Positions 50,599 to 60,744 of a stretch of 64,000 nucleotides of DNA are shown here, piece after piece. The DNA comes from an uncultured Candidatus Rokubacteria bacterium (lineage in GTDB: Bacteria; Methylomirabilota; Methylomirabilia; Rokubacteriales; CSP1-6). Position 1 is the stretch's first letter. Every line of letters starts with the position of its first letter. The DNA lies in the NCBI GenBank assembly GCA_963747235.1, contig CAVVEU010000008.1, forward strand, positions 224,001 through 288,000, read 5' to 3'. Made by a program: the position numbers and the translations under genes. Below the pieces are notes generated by a model. That model had not been told where the DNA came from. It searched no databases and saw nothing but the letters and a program-made list of their open reading frames with translations.

Positions 50599-51864
50599 CT
50601 AACGTCTGGGCTTCCACGGATGCGTGATGAGGCGGGCGCCGCGCTGCCAGCTCATGTAGGCCCACGCCCACTCGAAGAGGACGAGGAACCGATTGCGGAA
50701 GCCGATCAGGAACATGATGTGCACGAAGAGCCAGGCGAGCCACGCGGGCAGGCCGTGGAGCTGGAGGCGGCCGACCACCGCGACCGCGGCGGCCCGGCCG
50801 ATGGTGGCCATGCTGCCCTTGTCGCGGTAGCGGAAGGGCCGGGTCGGCAGCCCGGCGAGGCGCCGTCGCACGTTCGCCGCGACGGCCTGGCCCTGCTGGA
50901 TGGCCACCGGCGCCAGGCCCGGGAGCGGGTGGCCGTCGGGCCCGCGGACGCTCGACATGTCGCCGATGGCGAACACCATGGCGTGGCCGGGGATCGAGAG
51001 ATCCGGCTCCACGAGCACCCGGCCCGCGCGATCGAGCGGCACGCCGAGCGAGCGCCCGAGGGGCGCGGCGGCCACCCCCGCCGCCCACAGCACGGTGCGC
51101 GCGCGGATCTGCTCGCCGCCGAGCCACACCGCGTCGTGCGTCACCTGCGTGACCGGGGCGCCGGTGCGGATCTCGACTCCGAGGCGCGCGAGGGCAGCGG
51201 CCGCGTGGGCCGACAGTGGCGCGGGAAAGGTCGCGAGCAGGCGCGGCCCGGCCTCGACCAGGACGATCCGCGCCTTCGTCGGATCGATGAGCCGGAAGTC
51301 CCGCGCGATGGTCTCGCGCGAGATCTCCGCGAGCGCGCCCGCGAGCTCGACCCCGGTCGGCCCGCCGCCGATGACCACGGAGGTCAGGAGCGCCCGCTGC
51401 TCGGCCCCGTCCCGCTCGCGCTCCGCGTCCTCGTAGGCCAGCAGCACGCGGCGCCGGATCTCGAGCGCGTCCTCCAGGCTCTTGAGACTCGGGGCGAGCT
51501 CCTCCCAGTCGTCGTGGCCGAAGTAGGAGTTGCCCGCGCCCGCGGCGAGCACCAGCGCGTCGTAGGTCAGCTCCCCCTCGTCCAGGATGACGCGCCGGCC
51601 GGCCAGGTCCACCGACCGGACCTCGGCGAGCAGCACCGTGATGTTGGCGGCGCGCCTCAGGATCGAGCGGAGCGGCGTCGCGATGTCCGACGGATTGAGC
51701 GCGGCGGTGGCGACCTGGTAGAGCAGGGGCTGGAAGAGGTGGTGGTTGCGCCGATCGAGGAGCGTGACCCGGGCCCAGCTCCCCGCGAGCGCGCGCGCGG
51801 CGTAGAGCCCGCCGAATCCGCCGCCGACGATGACCACGTGCGGGCGCCGCGCGGGAGTGTTCAC
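50599..51864 (-). CDS. ndh: Type II NADH dehydrogenase-like NAD(P)/FAD oxidoreductase
   Basis: GGGFGG, FQPLLYQVATA, GGGPTGVELAG, AIGD, KGSMATIGR. Confidence 0.9.
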   Translation of the reverse strand: MNTPARRPHVVIVGGGFGGLYAARALAGSWARVTLLDRRNHHLFQPLLYQVATAALNPSDIATPLRSILRRAANITVLLAEVRSVDLAGRRVILDEGELTYDALVLAAGAGNSYFGHDDWEELAPSLKSLEDALEIRRRVLLAYEDAERERDGAEQRALLTSVVIGGGPTGVELAGALAEISRETIARDFRLIDPTKARIVLVEAGPRLLATFPAPLSAHAAAALARLGVEIRTGAPVTQVTHDAVWLGGEQIRARTVLWAAGVAAAPLGRSLGVPLDRAGRVLVEPDLSIPGHAMVFAIGDMSSVRGPDGHPLPGLAPVAIQQGQAVAANVRRRLAGLPTRPFRYRDKGSMATIGRAAAVAVVGRLQLHGLPAWLAWLFVHIMFLIGFRNRFLVLFEWAWAYMSWQRGARLITHPWKPRR

Positions 51865-51971
51865 GAGGCCATCTTCCGAGGGCGCCCGAGGGGTGTCAAC
51901 CCTTGACAGGACGTGGGGTTGGCCCTAGGGTGACCTTCGATACGAGGAGCGGGGGACAGGAGGGTGAAGGC

Positions 51972-53015
51972 ATGGCCACGCGCATCAGCTCCCAGCGGTA
52001 TGCCGTCGAGGACTTCCACGAGGCGCTCGAGCTCTGCTACAGCCGGGGGTGGACCGACGGGCTGCCGGTCGTGCCGCCCACGGAGCCGGCGGTGCGCGCG
52101 ATGCTCGACGCGGTGGGGCTCGAGCCCGACGCGCAGGTGGCCTTCATCACGAACCGCCAGGCGGCCATCAGCGCCGAGAAGGTGGCGATCAACGCGGTGA
52201 TGGCGGGTTGTCGGCCCGAGCACATGCCGGTGGTGCTGGCCGCGGTCGAGGGCATCGCGGACCCGCGCTGGGGCTATCACGGGCCGGCCACGTCCACCGG
52301 CGGCGCGGGCGTCCTGATGATCGTCAACGGGCCCATCGCGCGGCGGCTCGACTTCAACTGCGGCGACAACCTGTTCGGCCCGGGCTGGCGCTCCAACGCC
52401 ACCGTCGGGCGCGCGGTGCGCCTGGTGATGCGCAACGTGATCGGCACCATTCCGGGCCGTCTCGACCGCGGCACGGTGGGCCACCCCGGCAAGTACACCT
52501 ACGTGATCGCGGAGAACGAGGCGGAGAGCCCGTGGACGCCGCTGCACGTGGAGCGCGGTTGCCGGCCCGAGGACAGCGCGGTGACGGTGATGGCCGCGCT
52601 GGGACCGCATCAGTTCTATAACCAGCTCTCCGCCACCGCGGCCGGTGTGCTCGGCACGATGTGCGACGCCATGCGCTACCCCGGCATGGTGGGCCAGCCG
52701 AACTACTGCGTCGTCCTGGCGGGCGAGCACATGCGGACCATCGCGGCGGACGGCTGGTCCAAGTCCGACATCCGCAAGTACGTCTTCGAGAACAGCACGA
52801 ACACGATCGCGCATCTGAAGCGGACCGGCCGGCTGCCCGGCGCGATCAAGCCGGAGGACGAGACCGCGACCCGGCCCCTGGTGATGAGCCCGGACGACCT
52901 GCTGGTGGTGGCGGCGGGCGGTCGCGCCGGCTCGTTCTCGTGCTTCATCCCGGGCTGGGCGAGCCGGACATCGTCGCAGGCGGTGACCACGGTGATCAAA
53001 GAGAGGAGACCATGA
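51972..53015 (+). CDS. Uncharacterised UGSC-partner protein (GWTDGLP family)
   Basis: GWTDGLPVVPPT, NAVMAGC, VNGP, NATVGRA, GHPGKY, ENE.ESPW; paralogous to the C-terminal domain of 47190..48779. Confidence 0.85.
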   Translation: MATRISSQRYAVEDFHEALELCYSRGWTDGLPVVPPTEPAVRAMLDAVGLEPDAQVAFITNRQAAISAEKVAINAVMAGCRPEHMPVVLAAVEGIADPRWGYHGPATSTGGAGVLMIVNGPIARRLDFNCGDNLFGPGWRSNATVGRAVRLVMRNVIGTIPGRLDRGTVGHPGKYTYVIAENEAESPWTPLHVERGCRPEDSAVTVMAALGPHQFYNQLSATAAGVLGTMCDAMRYPGMVGQPNYCVVLAGEHMRTIAADGWSKSDIRKYVFENSTNTIAHLKRTGRLPGAIKPEDETATRPLVMSPDDLLVVAAGGRAGSFSCFIPGWASRTSSQAVTTVIKERRP

Positions 53016-53554
53016 TGGCGGGTTTCGAGATCCTGGATCCGACGGTCGAGCCCCGGCGCCAGCCGCTGACGTACGTGGCGCGGCCGGACTCGCTCAAGGG
53101 CAAGCGCATCGGCCTGGTGGAGAACACCAAGTACAACTCGGACAAGCTGCTGGTGAAGATCGGCGACATCCTGAAGCGGGAGTACGGCGCCTCCGAGACG
53201 CGGATGTGGCGCAAGCACAACTCCGGGGTGCCCGCGCACGCGGAGATCATCGAGGAGGCCAAGCGCACCGTCGACGTCGTCGTCGCCGGCATCGGCGACT
53301 GAGGGTCCTGCTCGTCGGGCAGTGTGCTCGACGGAATAGTGTTCGAGAAGGTCGGCATCCCGGCCGCGTCCATCGTCACCGATGTGTTCGAGGCCACCGG
53401 CCACGCCATGGCCCAGTCCTGGGGCGTCCCGGAGTACCGCTTCCTGGCCCTGCCACATCCCATCGCGAACCTCAGCGAAGCCGACCTCGACGCCCGCGCC
53501 CGCGCGATCGCGCCCGAGGTCGTCCGACTGCTCCTGAAAGGCCAAGAAGGCTAA
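53012..53554 (+). CDS. UGSC family selenoprotein (180 aa)
   Basis: AGGAG RBS; EILDP..ENTKYN...GIGD-TGA(53300)-GSC in frame with 53324..53554 (EKVGIP, LPHPIANL). Confidence 0.9.
53313..53333 (+). promoter_or_regulatory. Putative SECIS hairpin
   Basis: CGTCGGGC-AGTGT-GCTCGACG beginning at the 11th nt after TGA. Confidence 0.75.
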
Positions 53555-53663
53555 AGCACAGAGCAGTAGACGGTTGTCCGCCATCTGGGGGAGCGCGGGG
53601 GCCATTTCTGGGCCCCCGCGTATGAACAGAGCTTAAAGAATTAAGCGAATATACGCAGAACGA

Positions 53664-54635
53664 ATGCCCGCGGACTACGCCCCCCCGTTCTGGTACCGCG
53701 GCCGACACCTCCAGACGCTCTGGGGGCCGCTGCTGCGCCACTGGCGGCGGCCCCCGCTGCGCCGGGAGCGCCTGCACACGCCGGACGGCGACTTCCTCGA
53801 CCTGGACTGGCTCGCCGGCGCGCCCGAGCGCGGCCCGCTGATCCTGATCCTCCACGGCCTCGAGGGCTCGGCGCGCTCGCACTACGCGCGGGGTCTGCTG
53901 CGAGGCGCGGGGGCGCTCGGCTGGCGGGCGGCGGTCATGCACTTCCGTTCGTGCAGCGGCGAGGTCAACCGGCTGCCGAAGCTCTATCACTCGGGCGAGA
54001 CGTCCGACCTCGAGTGGGTGATCGGCGAGCTGGCCAAGCGGGAGGCCGCGCCGCGCATCGGACTGGTGGGGGTCTCCCTCGGCGGCAACGTCGCGCTCAA
54101 GTGGCTCGGCGAGCAGGGGGAGGCGGCGCCGGCCGAGATCCGGGCCGCGGCCGCCATCTCGACGCCGTTCGATCTGGCCGCCTGCGCCCGCGTGCTCGAT
54201 CAGGGCTTCAACCGTGCGGTCTACACCGAGAGCTTCCTGCGCACCATGAAGGCCAAGATCCGCGCCAAGCGGCACCTCTACGACGGCCGCCTGGACGTGG
54301 ACGCGGCGCTCCGGGCGCGCACCTTCACGGAGTACGACCGGTTCTTCACCGCCCCGGTCAACGGCTTCGCCGACGAGGTCGACTACTGGGCGCGGGCGAG
54401 CAGCGCGCCGTATCTCGAGCGTATCCGGCGCCCCACGCTCCTGATCAACGCGATGAACGATCCGTTCATGCCGGCGGCGTGCCTGCCGACCGCGGTGGTG
54501 GAGCGGTCGCCATGGCTCGAGGCGGCCTTCGTCGCCGAGGGCGGGCACGTGGGGTTTCTCGACGGGGCGCTCGGGCGCGCGTCGTGGGCGGAGCGCCGCG
54601 CGCTCGCCTTCCTGGCGCGCCATCTGCTACGATGA
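53664..54635 (+). CDS. YheT family alpha/beta hydrolase
   Basis: HLQT, HGLEGS, FRSCSG, GVSLGGN, GGHVGF. Confidence 0.9.
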   Translation: MPADYAPPFWYRGRHLQTLWGPLLRHWRRPPLRRERLHTPDGDFLDLDWLAGAPERGPLILILHGLEGSARSHYARGLLRGAGALGWRAAVMHFRSCSGEVNRLPKLYHSGETSDLEWVIGELAKREAAPRIGLVGVSLGGNVALKWLGEQGEAAPAEIRAAAAISTPFDLAACARVLDQGFNRAVYTESFLRTMKAKIRAKRHLYDGRLDVDAALRARTFTEYDRFFTAPVNGFADEVDYWARASSAPYLERIRRPTLLINAMNDPFMPAACLPTAVVERSPWLEAAFVAEGGHVGFLDGALGRASWAERRALAFLARHLLR

Positions 54636-55936
54636 CCGCCGTGCTTCGTGACGCGTACGGCCTGACCGTCTCGACGGGCTCCCGCGCCGCCGTGGACGCC
54701 CACGACCGCGGCGTGCGCGCCCTGCTTGGCTTCGGCGCCGAGACGGTGGACGAGTTCCGCCGCGCGGTGGACGCCGACCCCGACTTCGTGCTGGCCCGCG
54801 CGGCCCTCGCGGTCGCGCTCTATCTGGACGAGGAGATCGCCCCCGGGCGCGCGGAGATGGAGCGCGCGGTGGCCGACGGCGCCGCGCAGGCCACGACGCT
54901 GACCGGCCGCGAGCGGCGGCACCTGGAGGCGCTCCGGCTCTTCGTGGGCGGGCGCGGCAACGACGCGATCCCGGTCATGAAGGAGATCCTGGCCGAGCAC
55001 CCGCGCGACGTGCTCCTGATGCAGCGTCTCTACTTCCTCTACTTCTGGCAGGGGCGCTCGGCCGACATGCTCGAGATCACGACCGAGGTGCTCCCCGCCC
55101 TCGAGGACGACGGCTACGCGCTCGGCTACCACGCCTTCGCGCTCGAGGAGACCCGGCGCTTCGCCGAGGCGCTGCCCCTGGCCGAGCGGGCGCTGGCCCG
55201 GAACCCGCGCGACGCGTGGGCGGTGCACGCCATCGCGCACGTGCACTACGAGCGGGGCGACAACCGGCGCGGCATCGAGAGCCTGCCGCCGCAGATCCAT
55301 CCGTGCGACCACCTGGGCTACTTTCGAAACCATCTCCTGTGGCACCTGGCCCTGCTCTACCTGGCCGAGGGCGACTACGAGCGCGGCGGCCGCCTCTTCG
55401 AGAGCGTGTTCGGCCGCATCCCGATCACGATCGCCTCCGATCTCCAGGATTCGGTCGCGCTGGCCTGGCGGCTCGACCTGTTCGGCCATCCCGACCCGAA
55501 GCGCTGGACCCGGCTCGCGGAGGCGGCGCGGCGCTGGATCGAGATGCCGCTCCTGCTGTTCCACGATCTGCACGTGGGGATGGCGCTCTCCGCGGGTGGA
55601 GAATGGACGACCGCGGAGGAGCATCTCGAGCGGCTGCGCGCGCGCGGGAAGAAGTCGAAGAACGCGACGCTTCCGGAGGTGGTGGTGCCGCTGCTGGAAG
55701 GCCTCCACGCCTTCGCGCGGGGTGACGACGCGGGGTGCGTGGCCCGGATGGAGCCGGTGGCCGCGCGCGTGGTCGAGGTGGGCGGCAGCCACGCCCAGCG
55801 CGAGGTCTTCCACGACACGCTCCTGGCCGCGGCCCTGCGCCGCCGGATGCGCGAGCGGGCGATGGCCCTTCTCGAGCGCCGCCTCGCCAAGCGTCCCAAC
55901 CCCGGGCATTTCTGGGAGCATTCGCGCGCGTCATGA
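54632..55936 (+). CDS. TTC38-like tetratricopeptide repeat protein
   Basis: RERRH, HPRD, DAWAVHAIAHV, HLLWH, GGSHAQREV. Confidence 0.85.
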   Translation: MTAVLRDAYGLTVSTGSRAAVDAHDRGVRALLGFGAETVDEFRRAVDADPDFVLARAALAVALYLDEEIAPGRAEMERAVADGAAQATTLTGRERRHLEALRLFVGGRGNDAIPVMKEILAEHPRDVLLMQRLYFLYFWQGRSADMLEITTEVLPALEDDGYALGYHAFALEETRRFAEALPLAERALARNPRDAWAVHAIAHVHYERGDNRRGIESLPPQIHPCDHLGYFRNHLLWHLALLYLAEGDYERGGRLFESVFGRIPITIASDLQDSVALAWRLDLFGHPDPKRWTRLAEAARRWIEMPLLLFHDLHVGMALSAGGEWTTAEEHLERLRARGKKSKNATLPEVVVPLLEGLHAFARGDDAGCVARMEPVAARVVEVGGSHAQREVFHDTLLAAALRRRMRERAMALLERRLAKRPNPGHFWEHSRAS

Positions 55937-56732
55937 ACTGGCACGCCCTCGGCGGCGCGCTTTCTCGAGGACGTGCTCGGACGCGAGGGCATCGCGACCG
56001 AGACGGTGGAGTCGGTCCCGGGCCGCGGCAACCTGGTGGCGCGCCTCCGGGGCGACGGGTCCGAGGGCGGCATCGTGCTGCACCATCACATCGACGTGGT
56101 GTACGCCGACCGGCGCTACTGGACGGCAGGAGTACTTCGCCAAGCTCGGCTCGGTGCTGCCGGGCGAGGCGGGGCGCGGCTACGACGACCTCGAGCGCTC
56201 GCTCCGCGACGCGGGTTTCCGGCGCGCCTTCCTGGCCAAGCGCCTGCATTCCGCGATGCTGCGGACGACCTTCGCGGTCACCATGCTGAAGGGCAGCGAG
56301 AAGCGCAACGTGATCCCGCCGGAAGCGGTCGCCGACATCGACTGCCGCATGCTGCGCGGGGACGATCCGGAGGAGATCGTGAGCTGGGTGCGCGGCGTGA
56401 TCGGCGACGAGCGGGTGGAGGTGACGCTCTCCAACCCGCCGCCCAAGATCCCGAACGCCTCGCCCCCCGACACCCCGCTCTACAAGGCCCTCGGCCAGGC
56501 GCTCGCGCGGCGCGCCCCCGGCGTGGTGGTGGCGCCCGACATCCTGGTGGGCTTCACCGACAACTGGGTGTTCCGCAACTGCGGGCTGCACGGCTACGGG
56601 TTCAGCCCCTTCATCCTGGGAGACGACGAGTGGCGGCGCGTGCACGGCAACGACGAGCGGATCTCGCTCGAGAACCTGACCGAAGGGGTGCGCTGCCACA
56701 CCGAGATGCTGCTGGACGTGGCGGCCGCGTGA
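55933..56732 (+). pseudogene. M20/M25/M40 peptidase with internal deletions
   Basis: PGRGNLVARL, HIDVV, then a jump to NVIP, DCR, GFTD, HGNDERIS; central metal-binding segment missing. Confidence 0.75.
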
Positions 56733-57217
56733 TGGCGCGCGGGGCGCTCGTGATCCGGCGGGGCACCGAGCGGGACGTGCCCACCATCCTGAAGCTGATC
56801 CGCGGGCTCGCCGAGTACGAGCGGCTCGCGCACGAGATGGAGGCCACCGCGGCGCGGGTGCGGGCCCACGGGTTCGGGCGCCGGCGCTACTTCGAGACGA
56901 TCATCTGCCGGCGCGGCGGCAAGCCGGTGGGCTTCGCGCTCTACTTCTTCACCTACTCCACGTTCCTCGCGCGGCCGACGCTCTACCTGGAGGACCTCTT
57001 CGTGCTGCCCGAGGACCGTGGCACCGGGGCGGGGAAGGCGCTGCTCCGCGCCCTGGCGCGCATCGCGGTGCGGCGCGGGTGCGGGCGCCTCGAGTGGGCG
57101 GTGCTCGACTGGAACCGGCCCGCGATCGGCTTCTACAAGCGGCTGGGCGCGAAGCTGCGCCGGCAGTGGATCCTCACGCGGCTCACGGGGGCCCCGCTGC
57201 GCCGCCTGGCGCGTTGA
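56732..57217 (+). CDS. GNAT acetyltransferase (spermidine/spermine N-acetyltransferase-like)
   Basis: LAEYE, YSTF, LYLEDLFV, RGTGAG, VLDWN.PAI.FY. Confidence 0.9.
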   Translation: MARGALVIRRGTERDVPTILKLIRGLAEYERLAHEMEATAARVRAHGFGRRRYFETIICRRGGKPVGFALYFFTYSTFLARPTLYLEDLFVLPEDRGTGAGKALLRALARIAVRRGCGRLEWAVLDWNRPAIGFYKRLGAKLRRQWILTRLTGAPLRRLAR

Positions 57218-57224
57218 GCCCGCC

Positions 57225-57737
57225 TTGATCCGCCCCGCCCTCGCGGTCTCGCTGCTGGCCCTGATCGCCGGCGCGCCGGGCCCGTCGCTCGCCCAGTCCA
57301 TCACGTGCCCGCCCGGCAGCACGCGCGGCGGCACCGAGAGCGAGGCGGGGAAATTCCACTGGTGCGAGCAGGTCACGCCCAGCGGGCCGATCCGGCAGGG
57401 CCCGATGGTGGGCTTCCATCCCAACGGCCGGCGCAGCTTCGAGCTCAACTTCGTGGACGGCTCGCCCCGCGGGGCGGTCCGCGCCTGGTACGAGGGCGGC
57501 CAGCCGAGCATGACCGGCGAGACGCGGCCGGACAACGGCACGCTCGTCCTCTGGGACGACCGGGGCCGGAAGCGGGCCCAGGTGGACGTGCGCGACCGGC
57601 AGGTCGTGACGCGGGCGTGGGACGAGGAGGGGCGCGAGGAGCGCTACCAGGAGGCGAAGCTCGCGAGGGCGATGCCCGCCAACCGCAACCTCGGGTTCCT
57701 CATGCAGCTCTGGGCCGTGGGGATCGGCATCCAGTAG
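57225..57737 (+). CDS. Secreted protein with MORN-variant/YwqK-like repeats
   Basis: Signal peptide, CPPG, QGP..GFHPNG, WYEGGQ, WD..G. Confidence 0.6.
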   Translation: MIRPALAVSLLALIAGAPGPSLAQSITCPPGSTRGGTESEAGKFHWCEQVTPSGPIRQGPMVGFHPNGRRSFELNFVDGSPRGAVRAWYEGGQPSMTGETRPDNGTLVLWDDRGRKRAQVDVRDRQVVTRAWDEEGREERYQEAKLARAMPANRNLGFLMQLWAVGIGIQ

Positions 57738-57752
57738 ACGAGAGGGAATGCT

Positions 57753-59116
57753 CTATCGCAGCATCGCCCGGATCCGCTCGATCGCGGCCTCCGAGGCCCT
57801 CACCCGATAGTGGACGCCGTCGCCCTGGTAGGACTCCGAGATCACGTGGATCTTGTGGATCTCGCCGATCGCGCTGCCTGCCGCGTACGGGACGACGAGG
57901 TCGACCTCGGTCATGTCCGCGTCGAAGGCGCCGATGATCGCGTCCCGCACGCGCCGGACGTCTGCCTCGTCCTTGGCCGAGACGAGCAGCGCGGCCGGGA
58001 ACTCTCTCGCCAGGGCCTCGCGCTCGGGCGGGGCGACCTTGTCGATCTTGTTGAGCACGAGGATCCACGGCACGTCGCCGGCGCCGATCTCGTCGAGCAC
58101 CTCGCGCGTCACCTGCAACTGCGCGCGGAAGCCCGGATCGGCCGCATCGACGATCTGCAGCAGCAGCGACGCTTCGAGCGCCTCGTCGAGCGTCGAGCGG
58201 AAGCTGGCGACGAGGTCGTGCGGGAGCTTCTTGATGAAGCCGACCGTATCCGAGACCAGGATGCGCGGCCGACTCTCGGGCCACAGCGCCCGGACGGTCG
58301 TATCGAGGGTCGCGAACAGCTTGTCGGCGACGAGCACGTGCGAGCCGGTGAGCGCGCGCATCAGCGACGACTTGCCCGCGTTGGTGTACCCGACCAGCGC
58401 GACCCGCAGCGCGTCCTGACGCCGGGTCCGGCGCGTCCTCGACTCGTCTTCGATGGCGGCCAGCTCCGCCTTGAGCTCGGAGATGCGGTCGCGGATCTTG
58501 CGGCGATCGAGCTCCAGGAGGATTCCCCCGCGCCCCGCTGGCCGACGCCGCCGCGCTGGCGCTCGCCGCCTCCGGTCTCGCGCAACCGGGGGGCCACATA
58601 GGTGAGTCGGGCGATCTCGACCTGGAGCCGCGCCGGCCGGCTCGACGCGTGCCGGTGGAAGATCTCGATGATCACGCCCGTGCGGTCCAGGACCTGCGCG
58701 GCCGAGGTCGCGCGCTCGATGTTGCGGAGCTGGCGAGGCGAGCAGCTCGTGGTCGATGACGACGACGGTGGCGCGCGGATCTCCGTTCGGCGTGGCGCGG
58801 GGCGGCATCGTCGAGGTCCAGCGGTCCGCTTCGTCGTGCGGGGTCGCCTTCTTCTTGGCGGGCGGGCCCTTGGGAACGACGCCCGTGCCGCCGGTCCAGG
58901 CGGCCAGCTCCGGCCAGCTTGCCCTCGCCGAGCAGCGTGGCCGCGCCGAGGCCCTTGCGCTTCTGCGTGACCTCGCCGACGACCTCGAAGCCGAGCGTCT
59001 CGCACAGGCGCTGGAGCTCCTTCAGCGACGACCGCTGTTCGGCGTCGGTGACGCCGGGACAGCTGCACGGCGACGAGCATCGTCCTGGGGCGCGGGGCTT
59101 CGGTGGGGGATGACAT
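57753..59116 (-). CDS. hflX: Ribosome-associated GTPase HflX (several frameshifts)
   Basis: QLRNIE, LDRT, GYTNAGKSS, LFATLD, DTVGFI, NKID. Confidence 0.9.
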
Positions 59117-59229
59117 GACGAAGGAGACTCCATGCAGTTGTACCACGCGGCTAGTCGGCGGGCGCGAATGCTGCGCTCGAGTTACGCAGGCCGCCTACGC
59201 GGATGGTCTGCCGGGAGCCCGGTGGCCCA

Positions 59230-60666
59230 TCACGACGATGCCGCGGACACCACCGGCGGGATCCGATCCGCCCAGGGCGCGGCGGCCTCGAAGGCGGCCG
59301 CGGCCCGGAGCACCGCGGCCTCCTGGCGGCGCCGGCCGACGATCTGCAGGCCCACCGGCAGCCCGCTCTTCGTGAAGCCGCACGGCACCGAGATGACGGG
59401 CAGCGCGGTGACCGTGATGCCGTAGGTCAGGAAGAACCACTGGGTGTAGTTGTCGAGCGCCTTGCCGTTGATCTCGGTGGGATAGGGCTGCTCCACCGGG
59501 AAGGGCGGCATCGCGACGGTGGGCAGGATCAGCAGATCGCGCGTCTCCATGAAGGCGCGCACCCGGTGCCAGAGGCGGGTCCGGAGCTTCTCGCCGTTGC
59601 CGATCTGCTCGGGGGTCAGCGAGAGCCCCTGCTTGATGTTCCACACGAGCCCCTTCTGCATCTCCGGCTCCCAGCGCGCGAGCTTGTCGGCGTGGCGCGC
59701 GACCATGCCGAGGCCGCGGGTGGCCAGCACGATGTCGTTGACCTCGCTGAAGTCGGGACAGGCCCGCTCGACCTTCGCGCCGAGGCCGCGGAATACCGCG
59801 AGGGCCCGCTCGGCGACCGCGGCCACCTCGTGGTCCACCGGGATCAGCCCGTTGAGATCGGGCGTCCACGCCACGCGCCAGCCCTTGATCGACGGGCCGC
59901 TTCACCGCCGCGGTGAACTGCCGCGTGTCCACGTCGTAGGAGAGCGGCGCGCGGTCGTCGGGGCCCGCCATCGCGGCCAGCATGAGGGCCACGTCGCCCA
60001 CGGTGCGGGCCATGGGGCCGGTCACGCTGAGGGAGTCCCAGCCCAGATCCGCCGGGTAGACCGGGATGAGCCCCGGCGAGGTCCGGAAGCCGACCACGCC
60101 GCAGAACGCGGCGGGCGTCCGCAGCGAGCCGCCGAGATCCGAGCCCTGGGCGAGGGGGGCCATGCCGGTGGCCAGGGCCACCGCGGCGCCGCCGCTCGAG
60201 CCGCCGCAGGTGAGCGCGGTGTTCCACGGATTGCGGGTGGCGCCGAAGACCGCGTTGAAGGTGTTGCCGCCGGCCCCGAACTCGGGCGTATTGGTCTTGC
60301 CGACCACGATGGCGCCGGCCCGCTTGAGCCGGTCGACGTAGAGCGCGTCCTCCTCGGGCACGTGGTGCTCGAAGATCTTGGAGCCCCACGTCGTGCGGAT
60401 GCCCTTGGTGGGCGTCAGGTCCTTGATCGAGACCGGGACGCCGTGGAGCGGGCCCAGCGCGCCCGGCGCGTGAGCGCGGCGGTCGCCTTCCGGGCGCCCG
60501 CGAGCGCGGACTCGCGCGCGACCGTGACGTAGGCGTTGACGCGCGGATTGACCGCGTCGATGCGCGCCAGGACCGCCTGCATCACCTCGAGCGGGGACAC
60601 CTTCCGGGCGCGGTAGAGGCGCTGGAGCGCGGTGGCGGGGACGAAGCACAGATCACGATCGGTCAC
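59230..60666 (-). CDS. Amidase signature family protein (frameshifts)
   Basis: GVPVSIKD, GKTNTPEFG, GGSSGG, GSDLGGSLR.PA, GLPVGLQIVG. Confidence 0.9.
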
Positions 60667-60744
60667 GGAACCGGACGCTAGCCGGTGGCCTCGCGGGAGA
60701 TGCGCCGCGTCGGCGACCTGCATGTCCTCCCCCGCCTTGCGAGA

